DNA of 64,000 bases from Desulfobaccales bacterium (GTDB taxonomy: Bacteria; Desulfobacterota; Desulfobaccia; Desulfobaccales; 0-14-0-80-60-11): contig JBAVAG010000118.1 in assembly GCA_049585595.1 (NCBI GenBank), positions 1,889 through 65,888 of the forward strand, read 5' to 3'. The position numbers and the translations under genes were made by a program. Positions 23,304-34,044 of this stretch are shown here, in pieces. The notes under the pieces were generated by a model. That model had not been told where the DNA came from. It was given only the letters and a program-made list of their open reading frames with translations, and made no database searches. Positions within the stretch are counted from its first letter, which is position 1. Each line of letters starts with the position of its first letter.

Positions 23304-23867
23304 CCGGTCTGTTCCCATTGATTAAGAGCTTATAAGATACAGTTTAATTATCGTAATCATCTTCCAAAACGATTTCAAGACCGGGAGTCGCTTGGAAGTA
23401 CCCTGACCCTTGACCTCGGTTCATACACAGAATTTTCAATTGAGATTGACTTCTTGGATGGCATAAAAAATATTCGACCTCCCGACCGGAAAGGTCTAGT
23501 CAATTCTTCGAAACAAAACTCTGGCAAAGGATTGAAAGCAAATCTATATACTCCTGGTCGCGCGCTCGAGCTGGGTGGGTTATAGGTGGGCCGGGAACAA
23601 GAACTTGACAAAATTAAAAAGATGCTTTCGGTCAGACTCAACAAAATATCGGGAATTTAGTGGGACGGATTTATTGATTTTTCTATAAAAGTTCGTGGGG
23701 GCAAGTGTCCTCGCAGGGGCGTAGCCTTTCTTGATAATCCCACTTACTTGAGACATCGTCCAAAACAAAACGACAGAGGCCAAGATTTTTCTTGACAAAC
23801 AGGCTGGAAGTTCTTACTGCTTTATCCAAATAAGCAACACTCATTTTACATAAGGGGGGATATCTCA

Positions 23868-24089
23868 ATGAATAAAAAAATTATTTTCCTGATGTGCCTG
23901 CTCATGGCAATGATGTGGACTGCGGGTTGTTCATGTCCGGGAGTGCGGCCCGTGGCTGCGGCGCCTCCCGTGGTGGAACCCGCCCCCACGCCGCCTGCTC
24001 CGCAGCCAGAGGTTGTCAAACCCGCGCCAGTGGAGGAACCCGGCTCGAAGAAGCTGAAGCCACGCGTCATCAAGGATACGAATGACTAA
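23868..24089 (+). CDS. Small Pro-rich lipoprotein
   Basis: MNKKIIFLMCLLMAMMWTAGCS (lipobox TAGC), followed by a PVAAAPPVVEPAPTPPAPQPEVVKPAPVEEP stretch. Confidence 0.6.
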   Translation: MNKKIIFLMCLLMAMMWTAGCSCPGVRPVAAAPPVVEPAPTPPAPQPEVVKPAPVEEPGSKKLKPRVIKDTND

Positions 24090-24271
24090 GGTGAAGCTTA
24101 AACAATCAGATCCGTTAGTTGATATTTTGCTGGGGGAATCCCGGTTAAAAAAGCCAATGGCAGAATGGACCGGGCCAGAGCGAAGCTTCGATCTGATTGT
24201 TGTCTCCCCGACCCCTATTCTTTGGAAGAAAAGGTGGGGGAAATAACCAAACAACCAAAAGGAGAAAACCC

Positions 24272-24853
24272 ATGATTAAACGATTGGCATTGCTTATTTG
24301 CTGCGTTTTGTTGTTACCGACCATCGCCGCCGCACAAGAAGGAAGTACCAACTATGGAGATTTCTGGGTTGGTGGTCAAGTAGGTGGATTGTTTACTGCC
24401 AAAACTGATCCCGGCGTAATGGCTGGCGCCACTGTCGGCTACAACTTCTGCATGTCATACAGACCAAGCTGGCAAAGGTATTTCGGCGTGGCTCTGGACT
24501 TCCAATGGAACCAGTTAAACTGGAACCACGAAAACTTTTATGGTGATCACGAGAACCAGTTTGCTCTAGCCCCCCTGGCCAGGTTACAATATCCCCTCAT
24601 GGGAGATGAAAGTTTCACCCGTGGCCGGTACGTGCCGTTCTTCATGTTTGGCCCTGCTATCGTCTGGACGGATCCAAATTCCGGCCAGCCATTAAGCAGC
24701 AGGACCGACTTTGGGGCCGTTGCTGAGATTGGCCTGGAATATTTCGTGATTCCGCAGCTGTCCGTTGGGCCATCCTACCGTTTCCGGTGGGTCTCGGAAG
24801 GTGGGGGCGAGTATCAGCACACGATCTTGGCTCGTCTGGCCTATCACTTCTAA
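24272..24853 (+). CDS. Outer-membrane beta-barrel protein (OmpA-like transmembrane / OmpW-like class)
   Basis: MIKRLALLICCVLLLPTIAAAQ is the signal. Alternating aromatic beta-strand pattern and a C-terminal ...RLAYHF. ATG at 24272 follows AAAGGAGAA. Confidence 0.7.
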   Translation: MIKRLALLICCVLLLPTIAAAQEGSTNYGDFWVGGQVGGLFTAKTDPGVMAGATVGYNFCMSYRPSWQRYFGVALDFQWNQLNWNHENFYGDHENQFALAPLARLQYPLMGDESFTRGRYVPFFMFGPAIVWTDPNSGQPLSSRTDFGAVAEIGLEYFVIPQLSVGPSYRFRWVSEGGGEYQHTILARLAYHF

Positions 24854-24855
24854 GC

Positions 24856-25206
24856 GGAGAGTGGATGATGGTTCTCGTTCCTCCTCGCTGAGAACCGAGA
24901 CCCAGTTCAGTACCTGCGTGCTGGTCTTGACCCGGCCTATTGCTGCGGGAGCAGGCTTGGAGGAGTAACCAGACAGGGGATGCCATGATTTACCAGGCGG
25001 TCTATGAAGCCGGAATCCAAAATATCCGGCTTCATAGACCGCCATCTTACGATGGCCAGCAGATCGGGCCAAACCGCCGTGCAGAGCTTCCCGTCCCCCG
25101 GAATGCTGGCGCTGAACAACTCTACGTCAAGAGTCGGAATGGTTACGTGCCACCTGTTCTTATGCAGGTCGATCCCCAAATAGATCCTTTCCACCTGTAA
25201 TTTCAT
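24856..25206 (-). pseudogene. IS110-family transposase relic (N-terminal third only, frameshifted)
   Basis: Frame 1 reads MKLQVERIYLGIDLHKNRWHV. Frame 2 reads MAVYEAGYFGFRLHR. Frame 1 then reads HGIPCLVTPPSLLP and frame 2 GRVKTSTQ. No C-terminal domain and no terminal repeats are seen. Confidence 0.65.
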
Positions 25207-25514
25207 TCTTGGGCCGGCTCATCGCAGCCTCCTATCTTGGTATGGTTAGACAGCCCAGAAATCACAGGTAATATCTTTGTTCTTTGGGATCACTCTACTG
25301 GCGATTGGAACACCCAAACCTTCCAACCCTCCCTGCTGGAAAATTTATCCGCTATTAAAGGTTTCTGCTATGAACCGACACTTATCAACTTCCTGAAAAT
25401 TTTGCCTATATGGACCATATCTTCACTTTTCAGCCATGTCCATGCGGAATTTTCTGGCCGGAGCCGCACCCCTGCCTGCATCGGCATCCATGACTCTGCA
25501 CCTAGGTGCGTCTC

Positions 25515-27695
25515 TTACTCCGCCGCCGGCTCATTCACCGCCCGGTGGATAAAGGGGTAGAGCTCCGGAGAGACCGAAGTGAACCGGATAATGGCGGTAA
25601 GCGAGTTGTCGGCTCCTACCTTTACCTGGGTCACCTTTCCGTAGAGCTTCCCTGGGACCGGCGTCCCGTCCGGCTCGAACAGGTGCAGGCGGACGTCCTC
25701 CCATTCCACCAGGTCTCCGGCCAACAACACCTGGACCCCGGTTTCGCTGAGATGGGTGACCTGCACCTCATGGTTGCTGCCGATAACCACCTTTTCCCGG
25801 ATACGCTGAAGGTGGATATTCATAGGCGAAGCCAACCGAACCAGGGCCTGGCTGCGGGTCTGGACCCGAATATTATAGGGGGCGCCGATGGCGCGCACTT
25901 CGTACAGGGTGGCTTTGCCCGCAATACCCTTCATTTCCGCAAGGAGAACGTCCCCCACCTCCACCAGCTCCTTTACCCGCTCATAGGTGGGGGCGCTGAT
26001 GAGCACCTGACCACCCAGGGCAAAGGATTCGATGCGGCTGGCGAAGTTGACGTCGGAGCCCACCACGCTGTACTTGCTGCGGCGCTCCGAGCCGATGTTG
26101 CCCACCACCACCGTGCCGGTATTCACCGCGATGCCCATTTCGAGGTGGGGCAGGCCATCGGCCTGGTTAAGCCGGTTGAGGTCGCCCATGGCCTCCTGCA
26201 TAGCCAGGGCGCAGGCCACCGCCCTTCGGGGATGGTCATCCAAGGGCTCCGGCGCCCCGAAAAAGGCCAGGATGCCGTCACCCAAAATTTCGTCAATGAC
26301 CGCCCGGTAACCCACCAGGATCTCGATCATCTTCCCCAGATAGCGGTTGAGGAAGGGAATGACGTCCTCCGGAGCCATGTCCGAGGTGAGGGCGGTAAAT
26401 CCCCTCAAGTCCGAGATGAGCAGGGAGACTTCCCGGGTTTCGCCCCCCATCTCCAGGGCCTCTTTGGACTCCAGCAGTCTTTTTACTACTTCCGGGGTGA
26501 CATAACGGCCGAAGGTGTCCCGGATGAAGTCCCGCTTCTCCATATAATCAATGAGTTCCCGGCCCATGCGGTTGAAGGAGCCGGCCAGATCGGCGATCTC
26601 CCTGGCCCCGGTTTCCGGCACGGTGGCGGTGAAGTCGCCGCGGGCGATGTCCGCGGTCTTCCGGGCCAGATGCCGCAGGGGCTGGGTGATCCTCCGGGAG
26701 ATGACGATGATCACCGCGGCCAGGATGATTAGACTCAGGAGCGCCACGGCCGCGCTGCGGCGCATCAGACGCTGGGCGTCGGCGAATAATTCCGCCTCCG
26801 GAAAGACCACCCCCAGGGACCAGCCGGTGCCCGGCACGGGGGCGTAGTAGAGCCAGGACCTCTTGCCGGTGAAGGATGCCGGGATGGGGACAAAACCCTC
26901 GCCGCCCCGGATCATGTCCCGCCCCACTTCCCGCATCTTGGGATCGCGCCTCTCCTCCGCCAGGCCGAAAATGCTCTCCCGCATGATCAACCTTTGGTCC
27001 GGATGAGTGACGAACACGCCGTTTTGGGAAATGAGAAAGGCGTAACCGGTTTGGTAGATCTTCACTGCGGAGACGATGTCTTTCAGCCACATGAGGGAGA
27101 TATCAGCCGAAACCACCCCGGCTATTTCCCGGCGTCCCTCCCTTTCCCGGTAGAAAGGCACGGAATAGGTGGATTCGATAGTGTTGCCGGCGCCGAAATA
27201 AGGCTCGATCCAGAGCGGCCGCCCCAGCTCCCGGGGAATTTGATACCAATCCAGGTAAAAGTAGCGGTAGGATTCGCCTCCCAGCATCTTTACCTGGAGT
27301 TGATCATCACTGCGGAAAACGTACGGACAAAAATATAGAGATTTGGGGTTATGGCCGTAGGGTTCAAATCCGATGCCCAGGCCGAACAACTCCTTATTGT
27401 TGCTCACGGCAGTCCGCAGCAGGGGAACCAGGTTTCGCTCCTGCCCCGGCAGTTGTTCCAGGGTGGCCGCCAGGTTCAAAGAGATCTTTTCCACCCCCCG
27501 CAGGATCACCTCTATGCGGAAAACGGTCTCGTAGCCCAGGTGCCGGGCGTTCTCGGAGGCCCGGAGGACGATGCCCTCCTTGGAGGCGTGATAACTATAC
27601 ATGGAGGCGATAAGGAAGATGGCCGCCACACTGGCAAGGATAAAAAAGATGAGTTCGCTGGCCAGGGTTCTAGTTTTCATCGGTATTGGCGCCAT
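25515..27695 (-). CDS. Membrane sensor nucleotidyl cyclase: Cache-like periplasmic domain, HAMP, class III cyclase, C-terminal PilZ-like barrel
   Basis: Two TM segments flank a roughly 270-aa extracytoplasmic region. HAMP is ITQPLRHLARKTADIARGDF. The cyclase domain includes VSLLISDLRGFTAL...ILGDGILAFFGAP...VGSDVNFASRIE. The C-terminus has LQRIREK...THLSETG. Confidence 0.8.
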   Translation of the reverse strand: MAPIPMKTRTLASELIFFILASVAAIFLIASMYSYHASKEGIVLRASENARHLGYETVFRIEVILRGVEKISLNLAATLEQLPGQERNLVPLLRTAVSNNKELFGLGIGFEPYGHNPKSLYFCPYVFRSDDQLQVKMLGGESYRYFYLDWYQIPRELGRPLWIEPYFGAGNTIESTYSVPFYREREGRREIAGVVSADISLMWLKDIVSAVKIYQTGYAFLISQNGVFVTHPDQRLIMRESIFGLAEERRDPKMREVGRDMIRGGEGFVPIPASFTGKRSWLYYAPVPGTGWSLGVVFPEAELFADAQRLMRRSAAVALLSLIILAAVIIVISRRITQPLRHLARKTADIARGDFTATVPETGAREIADLAGSFNRMGRELIDYMEKRDFIRDTFGRYVTPEVVKRLLESKEALEMGGETREVSLLISDLRGFTALTSDMAPEDVIPFLNRYLGKMIEILVGYRAVIDEILGDGILAFFGAPEPLDDHPRRAVACALAMQEAMGDLNRLNQADGLPHLEMGIAVNTGTVVVGNIGSERRSKYSVVGSDVNFASRIESFALGGQVLISAPTYERVKELVEVGDVLLAEMKGIAGKATLYEVRAIGAPYNIRVQTRSQALVRLASPMNIHLQRIREKVVIGSNHEVQVTHLSETGVQVLLAGDLVEWEDVRLHLFEPDGTPVPGKLYGKVTQVKVGADNSLTAIIRFTSVSPELYPFIHRAVNEPAAE

Positions 27696-28866
27696 CGTGA
27701 TAGAACTGGGAAAAATCGGGAATAGCCTTAATGGTCCCGTCCATCTTCAGGGCTGCCGCCGTCCGGTAGTAGTCTTCCCGGTTCAGGACCCCCACCGGCC
27801 TCCCTGATCCGGGGTCCAGGATCAGGGGCCGCAGGTGCTCCAGCATCCACTTCTGGTGGACCCGGTCGGTGGGCACGTGGGCGGCATCCACGTATTTCAT
27901 GACGATGTTCAGGGCTTCTTCCGGGTGGGCAAAGGCATATTGCCAGCCGGCGATGCTGGCTCGGACAAAGGCCCGGCATACCTGGGGTTTGTCCTTGTAG
28001 GTCTGCTCCAGGCAGTAGATGCCGCCTTCGGGAAAATCGAAGCCGTAGTCCGCCATGGAAAAAGTGGTCAATTCGTCCGGGTTCAGGCCGGCGTCGAGGA
28101 GCAAGTGGTATTCGTTGTACCCCATGGCCGAAGCCACCTCCACGCCGCCCCGCAAAAAGAGATTCATGGTAGTCCCCTGGGGAACGGTCTGCACCTGGAG
28201 ATTGAACTTGCGGAGAAAGGCATCTATCTGGCCTTTGAAGTCCTCGCCCCAGACGCCCACTCTCTTGCCGTTGATATCTTGGGGTTTGGTGATGCCGCTC
28301 GCTTTCTTGGCCACCAGCATCAGGGCCGAATGCTGGGCTAACTGGCAGATGTTCACCAGCTTGAGCCCCCGGGCCCGGCGAACAATGCCGGCGGAGAGGA
28401 GCAGGGTGCCGAAATCGGCGCGGCCCTGTTTCAGCATCTCTGGGGGGGACCACCCCGGCCCGCCCCGCAAGACCTCCACCTTAAGCCCCTGCTCCCGGTA
28501 GAACCCTTTTTCATAGGCAACATAATATCCGGCAAATTGGGCCTGAGGCTGCCACTGGGGAATAAACCTGACCTGCTGGGCCTGGGGCTCCTGGGCTGCC
28601 GCGGCCTTCAGGAATTGGCCAGGCAACAGCATGCCAGCCGACCCAACAAGGGCCCCCAGGCCCACGCTGAGGAACAAAATCCGCAGCAAAGGGAAGGCCC
28701 GCTGGCGGGCGCAGCCCTGGCCGCAGCAAAATTTCCCGGCCAGGTGCGATGGCCTCTGACGCAGGGGATTATTGAGGTGTTTCAGGGATAACACCGGTGG
28801 CTGACCCGCGGTTGCCTTTGGCCCGCTAAGCCAATATGGAGAGATTTGGCTTAAAATTTGACTCAA
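27670..28866 (-). CDS. Periplasmic substrate-binding protein (NMT1/THI5-like, NitT/TauT class)
   Basis: VRFIPQWQPQAQFAGYYVAYEKGFYREQGLKVEVLRGGPG... The 3' end overlaps the cyclase start by 26 nt. The true start within the ORF is uncertain. Confidence 0.7.
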   Translation of the reverse strand: MSQILSQISPYWLSGPKATAGQPPVLSLKHLNNPLRQRPSHLAGKFCCGQGCARQRAFPLLRILFLSVGLGALVGSAGMLLPGQFLKAAAAQEPQAQQVRFIPQWQPQAQFAGYYVAYEKGFYREQGLKVEVLRGGPGWSPPEMLKQGRADFGTLLLSAGIVRRARGLKLVNICQLAQHSALMLVAKKASGITKPQDINGKRVGVWGEDFKGQIDAFLRKFNLQVQTVPQGTTMNLFLRGGVEVASAMGYNEYHLLLDAGLNPDELTTFSMADYGFDFPEGGIYCLEQTYKDKPQVCRAFVRASIAGWQYAFAHPEEALNIVMKYVDAAHVPTDRVHQKWMLEHLRPLILDPGSGRPVGVLNREDYYRTAAALKMDGTIKAIPDFSQFYHDGANTDEN

Positions 28867-28906
28867 AAGTGTCCGGTACCGCCATTTTTGAAAACCTTAG
28901 CATCGA

Positions 28907-28961
28907 GCTGAATACCTTCTAGATTCAGACTCAACCTCGGCCTATTGCCTATCAGTATCTA
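28907..28961. repeat. About 55-nt direct repeat, copy 1 (19-nt perfect core ACCTTCTAGATTCAGACTC at 28914-28932)
   Basis: Aligned by eye with 30282-30335. Confidence 0.8.
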
Positions 28962-28969
28962 GCCAGAAG

Positions 28970-29078
28970 CTACTTGTCTTTGCTCAGCACCGCGCCGGTG
29001 GGCCGGCTGTTGCCTGTGCTGCGGGTGCTCACCAGCTTGGCGATGAGCATGAAGTATTCATCCCATGAGGGTCGCATT
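28970..29078 (-). pseudogene. dCMP deaminase (ComEB-like) N-terminal relic, frameshifted and truncated
   Basis: From ATG at 29078 the product reads [13 protein letters not shown]. After a 1-nt frameshift it reads [22 protein letters not shown], then stop. Compare the family N-terminus [22 protein letters not shown]. The rest of the gene is absent. Confidence 0.55.
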
Positions 29079-29189
29079 TAAACTCTTTGTCCCACATATT
29101 ACCTGCTCTCCTTTTTTGGCAGGCGCGATAACACCTCTTGAGGGCCAGAATTTGGACCTAGATGTTCTTTCCTATTTAAATTCTTTTCT

Positions 29190-30185
29190 TTAGCCAAACC
29201 ACAATTCTTCGGCATTGAGACGAGCTATCTTCTCCCTGGCGTCTTTAGGCAAGGTCTCCAGGAGGCCGTTATAACGGGCCATAGCCTTCCCCTCCTGGTT
29301 GAACTTGCCGCACAGGTCGCTGCCGAGCATTATTCGATCTTGATATGGGAGGGTCACTTCTTCAATCCATTCCTGCCGGGGAATCAGTGGTTCCTGTTCA
29401 CCGCGACGGGATTCGCAGATGAGGTTCTCATATACGACCCAGGAGAAATCCACATAAAGATGCGAGTATTCATTTAACAAACTGCTTACCATTCGATAGT
29501 ATTCCTGATGATAGACACGGCGGGAACCGCCGCAATGGGCCCACACCACCTTAGTATCTTGATGCCGGTCCAGAACATCTCGCAGTTCATGGAGATACTC
29601 GTATTGTGAGTGCAGGCCTACGGAGGTGCTGTTTTGGTGCACGCAAACTGGAATCTTTTTCTTGGCCCCGAACTCAAAGACTTTGGTGAGCGCGGCATGA
29701 TTGACTCTGGCGGTTTCATCCAGGGTCAGGTTGGTCAGATCATCATGTCGGCATATTATTTCACCTATCCCCTTCCAAAAAGGATATTTTTCAAACATGT
29801 ACTCGATATAATCGATACTGGCCATGTCGGTGGGGTTGAAGCCGCATAGACAGGGAGCAATGCGTTTCCGGTTCTCCGGCGAAAGCCGGGTATACTCATG
29901 GGCTACGATTTCATCGGTTCCCACCCAGTAATAGCACCGGGAATCATCATCCAGGTAGTATGAGGGTTTGAGTGGTTCAATGGAATCCCACTTTTTCTTC
30001 ACGGGAAGACCAAAAACCACGGCCTTAAGGATATTGCCTTGGTTCATAGTTTCCAGGAGGTATTTCATCCCTTCGGTGTCCTGAAGAAAATTTACCAGAT
30101 GAAGATGCATGTCTATGGCGGGCACAATGGTTCGGACCTCGTGATATTCATCAATCTTTTGAGCAAATCTGGAATGCATACTCAT
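29190..30185 (-). CDS. Amidohydrolase-2 family metal-dependent hydrolase (TIM barrel)
   Basis: PAIDMHLHLVNF...VCVHQNS...VWAHCGG...GSDL. The gene is visibly lower in GC. Confidence 0.7.
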   Translation of the reverse strand: MSMHSRFAQKIDEYHEVRTIVPAIDMHLHLVNFLQDTEGMKYLLETMNQGNILKAVVFGLPVKKKWDSIEPLKPSYYLDDDSRCYYWVGTDEIVAHEYTRLSPENRKRIAPCLCGFNPTDMASIDYIEYMFEKYPFWKGIGEIICRHDDLTNLTLDETARVNHAALTKVFEFGAKKKIPVCVHQNSTSVGLHSQYEYLHELRDVLDRHQDTKVVWAHCGGSRRVYHQEYYRMVSSLLNEYSHLYVDFSWVVYENLICESRRGEQEPLIPRQEWIEEVTLPYQDRIMLGSDLCGKFNQEGKAMARYNGLLETLPKDAREKIARLNAEELWFG

Positions 30186-30281
30186 AGCATTTGCCGGCCT
30201 TTTTTTGTCACCCGATCTTCAGGGACTTGTCCCAACCCTTCTCGCCCAACTTCCCCGCACTTCACCTGAAATTATGCGGCA

Positions 30282-30335
30282 GCTGAAACCTTCTAGATTC
30301 AGACTCTGCCTTGACCTTTTAGCTATCTGTATATA
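30282..30335. repeat. About 55-nt direct repeat, copy 2 (19-nt perfect core at 30288-30306)
   Basis: Aligned by eye with 28907-28961. Confidence 0.8.
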
Positions 30336-30442
30336 ATCGGTCAATTTGGCAGCCGCTTAAAATTTTATCAGATTCCCGGGGGGCTGCAATTGGGCGTTCG
30401 ATTGCCTGCGTCCCGGCTGGAAAGGCTGGAATATGATGGGAG

Positions 30443-31930
<1,488 letters not shown>

Positions 31931-31995
31931 GACATTTCCATCATTTGCAATCGGCGCCGCCAACTGCTCTGGGGGCTGCCTACTCCCTAAGAATC

Positions 31996-32640
31996 TCAAT
32001 AACCCAAATCCTCGCCCACCAGTTTGACGTGAATCCGATCTTTCAACATGTGGCCTTCGATAATCAACCACATGTTGCAGATGCGCTGGGGGCTTCGGCA
32101 ATCCTGGCACACCCCGGTTTCCCCGCATGGCGTCGGCATATGCACACGCATGGCATTGATGGGGGCGGCGTAATGTTTCACCCGGGCCATGGCGGTATCC
32201 AGGTTGGGGGTCACTTTATTCATCCCCACCGCCAGGATGACCTTTTTGGGCCCGAAGCACATGGCCGCCACCCGGTTGCCGGTGGCATCCAGGTTGACCA
32301 GTTGGCCGTCCAGGGTCAAGGCGTTAGAACTGGCGATCATAAAGTCGGCGGCCAGCCCCTGAAGCCGCCGGGCCATGACCTCTTCCGGCGCCAGCCCCGG
32401 AACAAACGGATCAATCACCGTCACCCCGGGTCTTTGGGCCAGGGCCTCCCACAAGCCCATTTCCACCAGGGACATGGAGCCGCAGCGGCTGACCGTGGCC
32501 CCAGCCGGAATCATCTCGATGATCTCTTCCCGGGCGAGAGCCGCGGTGGGGGCGTAGCTGGCTTCCAATCGCCGCTTGGTCAGCCGCTTGATCAGATGTT
32601 CCGCCAGCTTTTCCCGGTATTGAATCTGAGGAGCGTCCAT
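31996..32640 (-). CDS. LUD-domain protein (lactate-utilisation-protein-like)
   Basis: GSMSLVEMG...FMIASSNALTLDGQLVNLDATGNRVAAMCFGPKKVILAVGMNK... plus the cysteine cluster CGETGVCQDCRSPQRIC. Confidence 0.6.
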   Translation of the reverse strand: MDAPQIQYREKLAEHLIKRLTKRRLEASYAPTAALAREEIIEMIPAGATVSRCGSMSLVEMGLWEALAQRPGVTVIDPFVPGLAPEEVMARRLQGLAADFMIASSNALTLDGQLVNLDATGNRVAAMCFGPKKVILAVGMNKVTPNLDTAMARVKHYAAPINAMRVHMPTPCGETGVCQDCRSPQRICNMWLIIEGHMLKDRIHVKLVGEDLGY

Positions 32641-32707
32641 GATCTTCCCTTCTTGCCGCCGCCAGGGCGGCTAAGTTGAAATCCCGCTATTCCTGCCAAA
32701 CCCGCCA

Positions 32708-33913
32708 TCAGTCCGGCTGGTCGATGGGCTCGGCTTCCGGAATCATATAGATGTCGGCATGGGTTAGTGCCAAACACCCCAAGGCGGCGATGAGGGCCAT
32801 CGCCCCCAGGACCACAAAGCCGCTGATGAACGTCCCGGTGACATCCACCAGGCGTCCGATAATGGGCGGAAATACCATGACCCCAATGGCTCCCCAGGTA
32901 TTGACAAACCCCATGGCCACCCCGGGACAATGCGGGCAGTTGTCCCGGGCGGCGTTAAAGATCCCGGCAAAGGGCAATCCTGCCATAATGCCGGTAAAGA
33001 TGATGGCGATCAGGACCACGCCCATGCTGGACGACAACCCCATCCAGATGAATCCCAGCGCCAGCCCGGCACAGGAGGCCGCCAGCAGGTTTTTGGTAGT
33101 CATAACTTTGTGGCCCAGGATGAAACCGCCCAGCGGCCGGGAGAAGATCCCCAGGAGCAAGACGATGGAGCCGATTATGCCGGCAACCTTGGGAGGCAGG
33201 TGGATGCTCTTGATCAACAGCGTATTAACCCAGACGCCGCAGGCAATGATCTCGCCAAAAGTGGCCAGTTGCGCCAGGGAGAGCAGCCAGATATTGCGGC
33301 TGCCGAAAACGCCGGCCCAGTCGATTTTGGGAGTGGTCACCGCCCGGGGCGTATCCGGCGCCAGGAAATACCAGAGGATTAACAGCGACCCCGCCATGCC
33401 GCCGGTGATCATGAAGATATTGTGCCAGCCCACCAGCGGCAGGAGTTGGGGGATGCCGTAAATCACGAAGCCGGACCCCAGGAGGATCGACCCGCCGTAA
33501 AATCCTTGGGCCCGCTGGATTTCCTTGCCGAGAAAAAAGGTGGTGATGTAACGCGCCCCGGCGATAAAGCAGATGCCGGTACCGATGCCGATGATGAACT
33601 TCAAAATCAGAATGGCTTGATAGGAATTGGACAGCCCGATGATGACATTGCCGGCGGTGATGATCAGAAGCGCCACATTAACCAGTTTCTTGGCGCCGAA
33701 TCTATCTGCCAACGCCCCTCCGGGTATCTGCAAGGCCCCGTGGGTCAGGAAAATGGCGGTAGTCAGAAACCCCGCCATGGTGAAGGTGATTTCCAACTGC
33801 TTGACCAGGGTGGGGATCAAGGGGCCGTGGTTGGTGTAGTTGGCCGAAAAGATAAAACCCAGGAGGACGGCGAACCCCAGCGCTTTCCACCTTTGCGCCC
33901 ATAATTCTTCCAT
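32708..33913 (-). CDS. MFS transporter
   Basis: About 12 hydrophobic segments and GALADRFGAKK (MFS loop 2-3 motif). Confidence 0.8.
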   Translation of the reverse strand: MEELWAQRWKALGFAVLLGFIFSANYTNHGPLIPTLVKQLEITFTMAGFLTTAIFLTHGALQIPGGALADRFGAKKLVNVALLIITAGNVIIGLSNSYQAILILKFIIGIGTGICFIAGARYITTFFLGKEIQRAQGFYGGSILLGSGFVIYGIPQLLPLVGWHNIFMITGGMAGSLLILWYFLAPDTPRAVTTPKIDWAGVFGSRNIWLLSLAQLATFGEIIACGVWVNTLLIKSIHLPPKVAGIIGSIVLLLGIFSRPLGGFILGHKVMTTKNLLAASCAGLALGFIWMGLSSSMGVVLIAIIFTGIMAGLPFAGIFNAARDNCPHCPGVAMGFVNTWGAIGVMVFPPIIGRLVDVTGTFISGFVVLGAMALIAALGCLALTHADIYMIPEAEPIDQPD

Positions 33914-34018
33914 TTTTTCCTCTCCTCTCAGCGAAGAAGGCTACCCGTTGCAGGAATATTACCGGTGACCCGCCGGCTGCCGCCGCCAGGTCATCTGGCC
34001 GGGCTGCCGGATGCTCTG

Positions 34019-34044
34019 TAGGGGCGACCGGGGAGTCGCCCCTA
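34019..34044. repeat. REP-like palindrome TAGGGGCGAC-N6-GTCGCCCCTA
   Basis: Perfect 10-bp arms, flanked by the 8-nt direct repeat GCTCTGTA (34013-34020 and 34053-34060). Confidence 0.75.

Noticed and set aside
24856-25206. An active IS110 insertion sequence.
   Set aside because: Only about 115 codons of the N-terminal domain remain, split over two frames. There is no C-terminal domain and there are no recognisable ends.
25237-25560. A 107-aa ORF between the IS relic and the cyclase gene. Also small ORFs in 23375-23868 and at 6056-6340, 14724-14981 and 40886-41074.
   Set aside because: They have no convincing RBS and no recognisable motifs, they sit in AT-rich spacers, and some overlap better-supported features. 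They are left unannotated, except that 6056-6340 is mentioned as doubtful.
30311-30337. TTGACC-15 nt-TATAAT promoter inside repeat copy 2.
   Set aside because: It points into the 3' end of the convergent acyl-CoA synthetase gene and has a short spacer. The hexamers are not conserved in repeat copy 1.
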